64,000 nt of DNA from Epiperipatus broadwayi (lineage: Eukaryota > Animalia > Onychophora): contig JAQFVV010000011.1 of NCBI GenBank assembly GCA_028023455.1, positions 5,828,001 through 5,892,000 on the forward strand, written 5' to 3'. Shown piece after piece: positions 14,161 through 27,345 of this stretch. The notes under the pieces were generated by a model. The model did no database searches. It was given only the letters and a program-made list of their open reading frames with translations, and was not told the DNA's origin. Numbering within the stretch: position 1 is the stretch's first letter; every line of letters begins with the position of its first letter. The position numbers were made by a program, and so were the translations under genes.

Positions 14161-14505
14161 TTACATCACTTTCAAATAAAAGTAAAAAAAAATCTAAATA
14201 AAATCAACCTCAGGTAGAGATATATAAATAAGATATTACTAAAAGTTTTATTTAAATTAATATATAAAATGTACAGATGGCACCCTGGCATGGCAGATAG
14301 GTTTGGAAGGTTTCGTCGACCATTATAATTGGCCTCAACATGGGGCCAATTGGAATCTTCCAAACCTATCTGCCATTCCAGGGTGCCATCTGTTCATTAT
14401 ATATATTAATTTAAATAAAATTTTTAGTAATCTCTTTTTTATATATCTCTATTTGAGGGTGATTTTATTTAGATTTTTTTAAACTTTTATTTGAAAGTGA
14501 TGTAA
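14161..14505. repeat. 345-bp imperfect fold-back palindrome
   Basis: TTACATCACTTTCAAATAAAAGT... pairs with ...ACTTTTATTTGAAAGTGATGTAA. The arms run inward to about 14309 and 14358. The minus-strand centre reads ATGTTGAG-GCC-AATTATAAT-GGTC-GACGAAACC, possibly a decayed hammerhead. No convincing TSD. Confidence 0.8.
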
Positions 14506-15299
14506 TGGCATATATGTATACTAATATAACTAATTATTATTGAAATCGTATTTAGTTATTAGAGAATATCTGCAGTGTAGTGATTGTTTACTGTTCCTCA
14601 AGGTTTTAATTAAAATGTAATAATTTGCTATTGATAAATACTGAAGTGATGAAGACACACATAAGAGATTGTGATCTGGACCAACTAATGATTATTAGAC
14701 TAGCACAAAGTGCATATTGGAGATTATTTGACTTTTTCAGATGTCTTTATTCATATGTTTCAGGAATGTTTGGTGAAATATATCTAAGAAAGATATTACA
14801 TATGAAAAAGAGAAATAAATTTGAATTATTCTGTAGATTTATATTTAATTCAGTTCATCTGAAAAGTGAAGGGTATATGGGAATAAAAAAAGAGTGTGTA
14901 ATCTGACTTTCTGCGCAGGTGGTGTATTGAAGTTGAGATGAGATTTGACCTGATAAACTAAAAAAGACTTTGGATATATTTTCAAGTTTTTAAATAATTA
15001 TTAATGAGAGAATTTAGATATTAAGAGAATGCTTAAATTCCTTCATTCATAATATTATGAGATATAGCTCTGTTTTGCATTAATTACATAATTGTTTATA
15101 TAATAAAACATATATATTGAAAAGAAAAATTGATTTCTACTTCATTGTTTAAATATAATTTTTGAATTAATAATTTTAATGTACAGAATTTAGGATAAAA
15201 CATTTTTAAATATAGTAATTGATTTAATAATGGCGAAAAAGAAAGGGAAGGGTTGTTTTTAATGGAACTTAATCTGTCTTAAATAATGAATTTTTTATG

Positions 15300-18200
15300 T
15301 ACAAAAGATTGCATTTAAAAATAAACTGAAGCTAAGAGATCATTAGTGATTTCCAAAGTATGTGAGAAAGGCTATCATTCAAAATGTATAAAGTGACCAA
15401 GAATGATAATAAAAGATTGTGTGTAATTAAGAAATGTGTTAATGTGATAAAAGAGATGAAAAAATAGTTTACTGATTTAAGTAATATAAGAATTAATTAG
15501 GAATGGTTGGTAAAAATATGGATAGATATGAGACGATAGGACTTACTAGATTTTATAAGATGTACATATGAGGGTGACAGACAAAAAATTAGTCAATTAG
15601 TAAGAGAATACAATGTGAAATTAAATTAGAATTGTTGAATATGAAGTTTAACTAAATTAAGGAAATAATAGATGGTCAATGTTAAGATAAAATATTAATA
15701 TAGAAGAAAATTTAATTGAGAATATTTATATCAAGGCTGAAATAAAATGAGAATTGTGAAACAAAATTGATAGGGGATTAATTGTTTGTAAAAAGAATAG
15801 ATAATTATATAATACTATGTTTGCCTCTGGCAAGATTTCATCATTTTAAGAATAAGATAGTAAAGAGTTATCAAAGGAAATATATATATGGTGAATATGA
15901 AAATCTGCAATTATCCATTAGAAATAATAAGGGAAGAATATAAAGATTTAATTAATAATTTGAAAAATGTTAAAGAAAAAATAGCCACCATTGAATTATT
16001 AACAAGCTTCGGCAATAGATAAATTAAAATGGATTTGTTTCTTTTATATTAGAAAGAGAAATAATGATGGAGAATGTACTAAATATAACTAAAGAATATT
16101 TTACTTATTTACTAACTATATTTAAGATTCACACTTTCAGATTTAAGTACTTTAGACTGGCTTGGATATATAGAAAGACAAGTAAAGAAGAAGGTGGAAC
16201 CACCTTTTTCTTGTTAAATTCTATGTCTCAGTGCTTGATCTGATTGGCTGGTGATAGTCAGAAGCGCTTGAGAGGTTTGCACTCTCTCAGTTTAATTTAA
16301 ATTTAATAACTATATTGTAAAGGAAAGGAATAAAAAAGAGATGTTTCTTTCAGAAGTATGAAAGAAAGTGAGTTGAAAGTAAATTATTAAATTAAGGATA
16401 TAACAACCAAATGTAAATATATTGGGAAAAAAAAGTCAAAAGACTTTATAAAAAGTAATGAGAAAGGATTAAATTTTTTAAATTAGATATATAATATACA
16501 AAGAAATAAAAGATTAGAGAAATAATATGAAATAAAAGAAACAATTAATAAACAAGGGTTTGAAGTAAAAAAGAATGAAGAGGATAAATAATAAAGTGGG
16601 TTAGCAATATAAGATGCATCATGAAAATTTTAAGGTGCTATTAAGTGTGAAGAACATGTGAATGGATAGTGGTTATAGTATATATGGCTACTGATGATGA
16701 TCAAATTTTATTGAAATAGAATTTGAAAATTGTCTATGGATATACAGATTTTTCAAGGAAGATGACAGCATTAATGGTTAAATGAGAAATGAATCATCAT
16801 GTTGCAAAAATTCATGATAGAGTTAATAAAAAATGATTAGTTACTAAGATATTTTTATTAGAAAATTGATTTGAATATTGTGAATTTATCAAATATACAT
16901 ATGAACAGTAGTGCTGGTCTAGGAATAATTTCAGTTAATTATGTATCAGTAGATAGTAGAGATGGAAAGAATAAAGTGCAGGAAATTAAACATTACTTTT
17001 TTTAACAAAAATAGAGATGATTAGAAATTTGAAAGGGAGTGATATTAAATTCAGTTAAAATAAAGTATTATGAGGGGTAGTAAATGATACAATCAATGGT
17101 TTTGCAAAAAAAAAAATAAAAATGAAAGATTTAGTTGGATGTGATTACAAGAATTGGTATTATGAAGTAGAAAAATTGGCAAATATTTTAAATAAGACTA
17201 TGTATACGATTAAATGTAGTAGAAAATGTAGAATTACTAAATCTAAAGATGAGGAAGAGAATATATAGAGAATATAAATATGCTATAAAATAATAAGAAG
17301 ATGAAATTAACAATTAAATTGGAGAATTATTTAAATGAATGGAAGTGGCTAAATTGGAGAATTATTAGAAGTGAATGAATCTAAGTAATAATTTACTGGA
17401 GGACATTGATAAAATTGAAAGAAAAATAAAAAAATTTAAAAATGAAGAAAAGAATTTGTCAGTAGAAAAAGTGTGCAAATGAATTTAAACATTAGGTATG
17501 AGAGAAAATGATGTAGCAATTGTAAAAATATATTTAAAAAATATATATTAAATTTAGAGAGAAATTTGACTAGAGTTCTAGAAAACTTGAAAATTAAAAA
17601 AAAATGTGAGGTAAGATTAAGTTTTTTTTTGAATAGTTAAATAGGAAACAAAAGTTACTGATAGTCAGAAAATTACATGAGTATTGTTAATTAAAAATAA
17701 GGGGTATTTACAATGCTAATTAACTATAGATCAGTAATTATAAAGCATTTGTTTATATGATAGTTGAATAAATAATTAAATAAATAGGAAAGAAATGAAA
17801 TATTGGGAGAAATGCAGTGATGATTTAGAACTTATCACCATTTAGGTGATAGTTTATTTATAATCATACAACTTATAAAAATGTAGGCAAAATATTTACT
17901 TATGGTTTTATAAATATAGAAAAAAGCTTGTAATAGAATGGAAATTATTTGAAAATAAAAGTTAGGAATTATAGCAGTATTAAAAGTAGTGTAGGGTTAA
18001 AACAGAGATATTGTTATTAATGAACAAAAATTAATCATAATAGTCATAATCATGGCATGATTATTATGACTATGTAGTCAAAAGTGCACTGGCAAACTTT
18101 GGCAAATTCTACAATATAAAGCTTATCTCTAATACGTTTCTGTGTATATTTTGTTTGTTACATTTTCCAAAATATAGCTCACTAAATTCTCGAAGTTATA

Positions 18201-18900
18201 TTGTTATTATTATATTTGAAAGAAATGAAATTTGCAATAGAAGTATTAAGAAATGTTAAAATACCTTTAATGGATAATAAGAAATTGAATGTTTTGTTGG
18301 TGTTTTTGCCTTGCTGATGGATAATTGTGCAAAGATAGGTAAAGAAATAGGGATTAAATTTAGTGAAGAAAAGCAAAAACAATGATAAGAAATGCTAGAG
18401 AAAAAGAACATAAATAATTTCTTAGAAAACACAATTGTGAAGGGGATAAATAGATATAATTATTTGGGAATCATTTTAAATAACTAAAAAGATTGTTTGG
18501 GTGGTTGGAGAATAAAAATGATAAATATTTTTTAAAAAAGTGAAAAGAGCTGATTAAAAAATTAGTAATGTTTTTGTATAGTATTATATGGAAGAGAGGT
18601 TTTCATATAGGAAAGATGAATTATGAGTTCATAAAGAATATTAGCTATTGTAAAGATAATTCAGGAAAAAAAAAAAAACGAAGTCATGCTTTGAGTGAGT
18701 ATGCAAACAGCAATTCAAGAAGATAAGTTGATCAGAAATGATTGCAAAAAACAAATTGAAATTTTTTTCATAGATCACAGTTTATGTGTAATAACTGAAT
18801 AATTGAAACAGTTTTAATTAAGTTTTAAGGAATTCTTAAGCACCAAGGACAAAGATATTATGGCAGTTAAAGTGTGTTAAATATATTAAGAAAATTGTTA
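15300..18900 (+). mobile_element. Heavily decayed LINE-like sequence, one or two elements
   Basis: Strong A/G purine skew on +, with fragmentary motifs ISVISKVCEK (~15345), VGCDY (GDFN-like, ~17135) and FINIEKAC (D.EKAFD-like, ~17905). No intact frame, so the clade cannot be assigned. Confidence 0.4.
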
Positions 18901-19344
18901 ATTAGAGAGTAAATATGGAAAATAACAGAATTGTAAATAATAAAATATTTACGAATAAAACATTTTATAATAATGGTAAGGAAAGTAATCTTTTTTTTTA
19001 AAGCTGTATACAGGTTATGGTAAAAAAAGAATATATATATTTTTATAGAATAAATTGGGGAATTTGTTGTATAAAGAACTTAATAAAAATGAGAAAAATA
19101 TTAGCTATTTATTATTAGAGTGTAATGAAAAAGGATGGAAAAATAATAAATTTGTGGTAAAATATGTATAGATTAAATAAATATATAAAAACTTTTTTTT
19201 TTTGCCTTTATATAGGAATTGTTAACTTTAAATACACAATGGTAATCTTACAAAAATTGTGATAGAATCTAAATAAATTTGGGGACTATGCAGATTGTAA
19301 AATGATTAAGATTAACACATTTTTTTTTCTCAGTTTATTGAATC

Positions 19345-20995
19345 AGAGATTCTTGACTTGGATAGAGTCATCACCATCATCATTTTCAATTATTGTCAAT
19401 TTATTGCAGGATGAAGTTCAATCCATCTCCACATCACCCTAGCACAGTTCCTTATTTCATCCATCCATCTCATATGTGGTCTCTTTCTAGGTCTTTTACA
19501 ATCTTTTGAAATCCAATTTAAGATTTCAACTATTCATCTATTATTATCTCTTCTAGCAACTCCATTTCACTCTCTTAATTCTTTCAATGATATCACTAAC
19601 ACATGTTCTCTCACTCATGTATTTTATTTTCAATCTCTTCTTATTACTCTTAATTTGCATTTCTTCATACTTCATTGAGTGGTCTTAAATCTGTATATTA
19701 CTCTTCTGGTAAGTGTTCAAGTCTCACATCCATAAGTAAAAGCTAGTAAAACATTTATTAAAATCTTCCTTTTCAACACATAGGTATGTTTTAAGTTTAA
19801 TTCTATGATTAATTTTTAATCCATTATGTTTCCATGTGTAGTAATAATCTGACTAAAGTATTTGTTAATTTCTTCTACCTCATCATTATCAACCTTTCTT
19901 TTCCTTTTTTCTTGAAAATCCATTGAACATTACTTTAGTCTTTTTAACATTTATTTTTAATCTTATTTTTTTACTTTCATCTGATAAATCTTGCAACATT
20001 TCCTGAATCTCTAAGGCATTAGTTGGAAAAACAACTATATCATCTGCAAAATCTAGATGACTTAAATAATCTCCATTTACTTTTACTCCCCTAGCTTCCC
20101 ATTTTAATCACAAAATACTTCTTATAAAACTGCTATAAAAAATTTCAGAAATATGGAGTCACCTGCCATATACCCATCTCAATGTTAATATTTTTAGTAT
20201 CATTAATATAATATAATAGTTGCTATTGCATTTTTATAAACATTCTTCAGAATATGACAATATCCTGAGTCTATACCTGATGATCCAATGCATTAATCAC
20301 TGAAGAAGTACTTATAGAATCAAATGCCTTTTCATAATCTACAAATCCAAAGCAGAATGCAATTCATATTTGTTGGTCCTTTCCATAACTTCTCTCAATA
20401 TTTGGATATGATCTACTGAACTGAAATCACTTATAAATCCAGCTTGTTCTTTTGGTTGGTTAAAATCCAAAGTTTGCTGTAGATGAGTTGTAATTATTTT
20501 GGTAAACATTTTGTATAGAACTGACAAAAGACTGATAGATCTCTAATTTCTAATATCATCTTTATCACATTTTTTTTAAAATATTAATATTAATGCTGCA
20601 TTCTTCCAATCCATTTGGTATACCTTTATTATTTAGACATTTGGTTTACAACTTTGCCAAAAACAATTCTGTTGCTTCAATTGACTATAATTTCATCATT
20701 ACTTGTAGCTTTTCCCTTTTTCATAAATTTAATTGCATGTCTTATTTATTCATTTAAAATCCTAGCCAATTCAGGATATGTAGTAGTTGTAGGGGGTACT
20801 TTTCATTGTTGTTTATTGCTATATAATTCTTGATAGAACTCTTCTACACATTTCATGATGTCATCCTTTTTTTTTTTAGTAATAGTTCCATTTTATTATT
20901 ATTATTGTAGAGCAGATGGCCAGTGGAGTTACCATTAAGTAATATTGTTTGTATCATTGTTCTGTCTAAATTTGAGAATAATATCTCGACTAAAT
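19345..20995 (-). mobile_element. RTE-clade LINE, 5'-truncated and decayed
   Basis: The minus strand encodes SVLYKMFTKIITTHLQQTLDFNQPKEQAGF..SSVDHIQILREVME, then YEKAFDSIS, then GVKVNGDYLSHLDFADDIVV. GATGATGGTGATGA-type 3' end near 19350-19385. Confidence 0.85.
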
Positions 20996-21009
20996 ATTAA
21001 GCCTCTTCG

Positions 21010-22040
21010 TCTAATAACATCTATATGAGATACATAGGTGATGTGTTTAGAGGTGCATTGAAGGTCAGATTAATAATATATGGCTGGACCTCAAAAGTAC
21101 ATTGCCTCTGGATTGAACTATTGAAGTAGAAGACATCAATCATAGGATTAATTTTCTGAAGTATATATCCAGAAAAATAAAATGATTTTAACTTTAAAAT
21201 GAAACTAAAACCTGTACAAATATGGGGAGCCATTAATCCTATGTCAAAAATCTCAATAGAACCCAAACTGGCTGGCTTTAAAGGTTTCTTATATAGAAAC
21301 AAAAATCCATGCAAGTATGAGGCAGGTAGAAAAGCAATGTCAATGCATACATTATCTTTCTAATAGAGATTGGTTATAATTGTAACATGCTTATTAAAAC
21401 AGTTGGAAAATTTTACAACAATGTAAATAAAGTTAAAAACATTAATATATCTAAAGTGTGGTTAAGCTTTCCTTACATTCTACATATTGCAAATAACCTT
21501 AGGACCATATGTGCTAACACATATAGGGTTAGCTTTAGATCACCACTTTCACTTAATACTGTATTGAACAATGGAGCATGCTTATCAGATGGTTTATAAA
21601 GTAGCATGAATTAATCCTTTCTGTAGCTTTGTGTATTACAGTCAATGTTGTGCAAATAGATCCACAAGAATCACTCAATATGCATATTTATACAGTAGAG
21701 CAAAACAAAAGAGTGAATACAGATCAATCCTGATCATAAACGTGCCACAAGTCACACATTTTCTCCATCCATGTTAGAATAATTTGCTCTGAAAGGCACA
21801 ATAAGAAAAGAAAATATAAAGAGAATTGGGCAATTGCAAAGGATCCACATTCTATCAACAAAAAGGATTCATGTGTTCCATTGTCTGAAAAATGGTATAT
21901 CTGATTGCCTTATTTGCATAAGGTGCCCCATTTACATATTACATTCATCAATTATTTAAGCACACCTATATTGCACAACTTTACTCAACATTATGATTAT
22001 GGCAGCATTTTGTCGAAAGCTGGCTCAGTGCATTTAATTA
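21010..22040 (+). mobile_element. Decayed Penelope-like retroelement: RT C-terminal part, GIY-YIG endonuclease, 3' pLTR
   Basis: Motifs occur in the expected order across frameshifts and stops: YMRYIGDVF (RYVDD-like, ~21022), EVE..INFL, KPVQ..LAGFKGFLYR (thumb), GY, FPYILHIANNLRTICANTYRVSFRSPLSL (linker), VYKVA*INPFCSFVYYSQ..STRIT (GIY-YIG-like), then a hammerhead-like motif. Confidence 0.7.
21989..22030 (+). ncRNA. Degenerate hammerhead motif at the 3' end of the Penelope-like ORF
   Basis: CATT | ATGATTA T | GGCA-GCATTT-TGTC | GAAA | G-CTGG-CTC | AGTG. Stems I-III pair, but the core has two changes from CTGATGA, so it is probably inactive. Confidence 0.5.
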
Positions 22041-25000
22041 GTTTACATTTATTATACCTTTTCATCAGAACTCAAAGTCAACGAGTGCTTAAGAATTACA
22101 TATTTTCAAGAAAAGTGTTAATATTTTGAGAATTACAATAATAATAATATATATATAATTATAAATGTTTCTTAAATGAAGAAAATATAAACAATATTAA
22201 ATGTATAGCTTTAATGTATTTTCAATGTAGAGTATCCTTTTTAAGGGCAAACATTATGCAGAAAATGTATTAAGGCTATATATTTAATATTGTTTATATT
22301 GTCTTCATTTAAAAAATATTTTATAATTGCATATAAATTATTACATTTCAGTTATCTAGGATATGATGATAGACTGAATGCAATATATATATATATACTA
22401 TATAAATTAATAAGCATGTTCACATTCAATTTGTTATGGTTTTATTTGAACATATAATATTTTCTCATAATAGTTGTTATTGTATGTAAATTTTTATTGG
22501 TATATATAAATAAAATTGTTGTTTAAATGTATTATAGTACTAGTATTTTGGCTGTCTTTCTCCTGCCATCATCTGAGTAGCATGAATAATTAATTCAGAT
22601 ACATTGAGAATGGAAAATAGAAACTTGACATAATTTAACAGTTGATTTATTTCATTAAATTTGAAATTTAGAAGGATTGTTGGTATAACTTTTTTTTTTT
22701 TTTTGATAAACATGTTTTACAAAAATTTTCTAGATGATGGACACTTTTCTATTTCATCATGGATTCAGACTCACTAACTATTATCTAGTAGTGAGTATTG
22801 TATCTCAATAAAATTTAATTCTGCCTTTTGTTAACTAAAATTGCTTTATACTATTCTAATCTTATTTACGTGAGACACCCTCCTAGAGAACAGTCAGAGA
22901 GGCCAATGAGATACTTAAAAAAACTTATTTGTTTTAATGAATGAGATAAAGTGATCAAACTTTCATTCATAAGGTAAAATTTTGCAAAACATATTTATCT
23001 AAAACAAAACATCTTAAATTAGTCTTATAAATTTATAAATTTCAGATTAGATATAATAATCAGCTAAATCATATAACAGTTGATCTGCAGCCTGCGTTCT
23101 ATCACAAATGTTTAATAATATCAAACAAATGAGTTACTGATACTATCTAGATGGTGGCAAATGAAATCTAAAACAAATATCTATGCTATAATATTAATAA
23201 GAAACTGCATATATGAGGAAATTCAAAATCATGTACATTTCATAAAATTTAATTCCATACAATGGGATTTAGTTGTCAATGATATATAAAGGATGGTAGT
23301 AATTTTATGAACAAAAAATTGAGTGAATATATAGATTTTTATGACATCTGAAATTTTTTTTCCAAAAATGTTATATGATTCCATTTTTCTTATTCGTTTT
23401 TCTTATTCATGGAATTAATTAGAGTATTATAGTAATCTAATTTAAAACAAAATAATACCCATGAAAGCTGTTTTAATATTTTATGATAGAAGGAAGAGAA
23501 TATATGGAATGGACAGAATAGGTTAAACTCATTCTGCATTGAATTAATTGAAAATGATTATATTGAAAATAAATGATGAGGAAATTCACTTAGTAGAAAT
23601 GGATATTCACTGTAACAGGTCTGCTAAATCTTTTAGCATTTATTAAAATATTAGCCTTATGTGAGCATCTATCTCATTTGCTAAATTTTCCATAAAACAA
23701 AAAGTAGAGAAAAATAATAAAGTAATAAACATTGTTTTTTAAAATGTCCTTTAAAACGTAAGATTCAAATAAGCATTGTAGATTGTATTATTACAGATAT
23801 AGCTTTTATCTAATAACATATAAAATCCATATAAAATAATATATTCTTGGAGTAATTGACTAAGGGAGTTAATTAATCTGTTTGACAAAGTGAAATTAAT
23901 AATAATAAAATAATGTCATCAAATTCAATCTTCAAAATACTTTTTACTCCAGAAAAAAAAATATTATACATTTGATTCATCATTTTCCATATTCAAATAA
24001 TTATTATTATTCCCATCCAATCTGATACAATGGTATGATTTTTTTTCCCTGAAAAATAATACACTAAAAATAAAATAATTTTTAATAATTCAAAAGTACT
24101 TGCTTTGGCAGTAATTAAAGTGTAATTGCTTATTTTACTTTCTTTATGATAAAACAACTGTTTAGTGTTGCTGCTTGTTTATGTTTATTTATATGTGAAT
24201 ATCAGTGGAACAGCTACAGAACATTTGATCAAATAAATTTACAGTAACATAATAATCAATACAGCTGAAGAAAAAAACTATTACTAGGACCAAAATATAT
24301 CTGAAGGTCTGATAAGGGTAATAGGTAAAGACTCCCATTAATTTTTTTTTATTTCCATCTAAATGATTAATCAACTTAAGATATATATTTTTAATAAAAT
24401 TGGTTTTTAATTTGTTTTATTTAAATATTGTTTCTGGTTATTTTAATCTGATATTTTTCCTTACATAAAAAATAAGACACACGTAATAATTTTCTTAACA
24501 TCGTGTATTAATTTACTCCAGTTTCTGTTTTGCTTTCTATTTTGATATATATTTAAAATCATATTAAAATGGATAATTAAATAGAAAAGTTCAAAATAAT
24601 CTTTGAAAGTACATTAGGTTTAATTGCTTTAAAACGTGTTTAAACTAAACAAAAAATAAATTTTATTAAAAATATAAATTCAAGTAACATATACGTGTGA
24701 GAGGATAAGTACTAGAAATTCATACGGTTAAATATTTAGAATGGTTGAGATGGTCCATCAACTTTATTTTAATATTTGCTTTGATATCGCCATTTCAGTG
24801 GTCATATTTAAATTAAATGGTTTTGCTTATATTTTATATAATCCATAAAGAAATGAAAGCTTTTCTGTAAAATTGGTCTAATGAAATAATAAATGAATGA
24901 TTAGAATTTTATTGTTATTCTTGTAAGGCCTGGTTAAACACAAGTTAAATGCTGCATGATAATAATTAAGTCTTTTTATTTCTTACATTGCATTAGAGGC

Positions 25001-26209
25001 AGAATAAAATAAATCTATACAGGCAAATTTAATTATGTTTTTGAAGAGATAAAAAAGGAATAACATTTTTTAAGACATTGTGAATAACAAAGCATCATAA
25101 TCTCCAAGCTTTAATATATAGTTAATAGAGATAAGCAAGCACAATAAAAGGGTCTATAAATTCATACATTTCTGAAGATTATGATAGACAGTGCATGGAG
25201 ACCACTTTTGCCACTTACAAAGAAGAATTATATTGTAGACTATTGATAGTCATCTATCGGAAAAAAGTACTCATTGGATCGTGCAAGTGATTGTTTGTTA
25301 TTTGAAAGCTTAAAATACTTAAATTAGATGCATGTCCATTATTTTTCAGAAGATTTAACGTTAAATAAGATACAATTATTTTACTATTTTTAATATATTA
25401 TGACATTCAGTTCATGTTCCTATACCAGTGTAGTATTTATCCTACAGGTTAAATGAATATATTAATGAATTTTGCATTGTAATGCTTAGAAACATATTGC
25501 AGCAATTGTCCATACACTTACATTTAATATATAAATAAACTTGATATAATTCTACTTCATAAAATTCAAAGTCTAATTACAAGGATAGTTTTATCTCAGA
25601 TATAAAAGCAAAGAATCAATTATTAACCATAAAATTCAAAATCATAACCATAAAACCAGAAAAAATTATTATATTTTTTCAGTAAATAAATATATTTAGA
25701 ATTGCTTATTTTTATTAACACACACCTTTAAGAAATATTTTTCTTCTTTTTTTCCTTCTTTTTTTTTTTTATTTATTTACTAAATGTTAATTAATGAGCA
25801 TGATTGTTATTGGTTATTATTTTATTATATTTAATACATTTTATTTACTGTTGAAATTATGTCTTCCTGTGTCAATAAATAGAGATAACATTTGATAAAG
25901 TATACATTTTTTCTTTATAACTTGGATATTGTGAATGACTATTATCTATAATATTATTCATTATCTTCTTCAATTACAAAAATCCCTTCTGTCTTAACAT
26001 TTTGCCTAGACAATGTTAATGGTAGGTATGTAGACGTGTGATTAATTGTCTGCCTTAAATCATCAATCAGCATCTATTAACATTGCTGTGATACCTTCTA
26101 TAAATAAATCTGGTTACGATATGGCGAGATAGCCATTCATGTGACTTCATAGCATCTTTCTGACCACAACAATATATAAAAATATCACTAAAACGTAATG
26201 TATAAAATC

Positions 26210-26600
26210 AACTAGTAATGTTATAAACAGTGAGGATTGCCAATTCCTCTACAAGCTTTATGATAAATGCTTAGCCAGAGCCAGCACTTAAAATATCTCT
26301 GTCAGGAACCCCCCCCCAAACCCCTACCATGGTTGCCCCGGGGGGGGGGGGGGGGACACTAGATCTAGTGTCTGAACCTACCCTGACCCTCTGAGGAGTG
26401 CCAAAGCACGAAACCATGGTCAGGGGTTTGGGGAGGGGTTCCTGACAGAGATATTTTAAGTGCTGGCTCTGGCTAAGCATTTATCATAAAGCTTGTAGAG
26501 GAATTGGAAATCCTCACTGTTTATAACTTACAAGCTTAAGAGATAGGGTCATGTGATCTATGAATTGATCTATGACTTTTATTTTAACTAGTAATGTTAT
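26210..26600 (+). mobile_element. Fold-back insertion carrying a hammerhead, Penelope-like non-autonomous element, with 15-bp TSD
   Basis: Inverted arms 26220-26334 and 26412-26527 differ at about 3 positions. The spacer holds a G16 run, an 18-bp palindrome and the 5' half of the ribozyme. A 58-bp one-sided tail spans 26528-26585. Direct repeat AACTAGTAATGTTAT at 26210-26224 and 26586-26600. Confidence 0.85.
26387..26425 (+). ncRNA. Minimal type-I hammerhead ribozyme with intact core
   Basis: CCCT | CTGAGGA | GTGC-CAAA-GCAC | GAAA | C-CATG-GTC | AGGG. The CUGAnGA and GAAA core is exact. Stem II has 4 bp and stem I is CCCU/AGGG. Stem III has 2 bp with a palindromic CAUG loop. The GUC triplet predicts cleavage after 26421. 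Confidence 0.9.
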
Positions 26601-27345
26601 CTGTGTTATAGCGTCTAAATTCTTACAGTATTTTTATTGATGTCTTAATATGTACTTGTAACTTTTTAATTATTTGCAGCATTAGTAAATACACCCATAC
26701 ATGTATCTATATATACATTTATACAGAATTTAATTTTTTTATTATTTTTGTTGATATTTTATTGCATATTCAGAATTTTAAAATTAAAATATGTTTATTA
26801 TACAAGTAAGTGTGTTTAAAATATACATTATTCAGCATTTGATACCATTATGGATTTAGATTATCTTCAGGAATTCTTAGAACTAAATGCTATGAGTGTG
26901 GCAGTCCTACTCTATTAGTATTTTTTTTTTATTCTTAAGCAAGCTAGTATTGAATAGTCTCTTTTTATTTTTTTATTTTGACATATGATATAGTGTCATG
27001 ATATAAAAAGCATGATTAATTCTATCAAATAAAGTGATTGTGATCCATGTGAATGTAAAACTCAATTGATTTTTTTTTAAACATATAAATTGACAGTTGG
27101 AAAGTTTTAATATAATGGATTTTCTTATGGTATAATTGATTAATATATTATCTGCTAGTCTGGGGTCTGGGGTACCAATCGGACTCAGTTAATAATCTCA
27201 ATGTTTTTCAGATCACATATATTCTTAATAATTTTTATTAGTCATTCATTAGACTAGAGATTATCACTTAATGAATAATATTTCTGTAAATTTTCATTAC
27301 AGCATTCTCATGCAAAATGGGAACTGGTCTCTATCAACTTTTATC

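Noticed and set aside
26271-26480. 69-aa minus-strand ORF with a polyproline run
   Set aside because: It is a by-product of the GC-rich palindrome and G run, with no protein-like features.
26770-26815. CAG…GTAAGT micro-exon candidate
   Set aside because: The content is AT-rich with no recognisable peptide. Such motifs are expected by chance.
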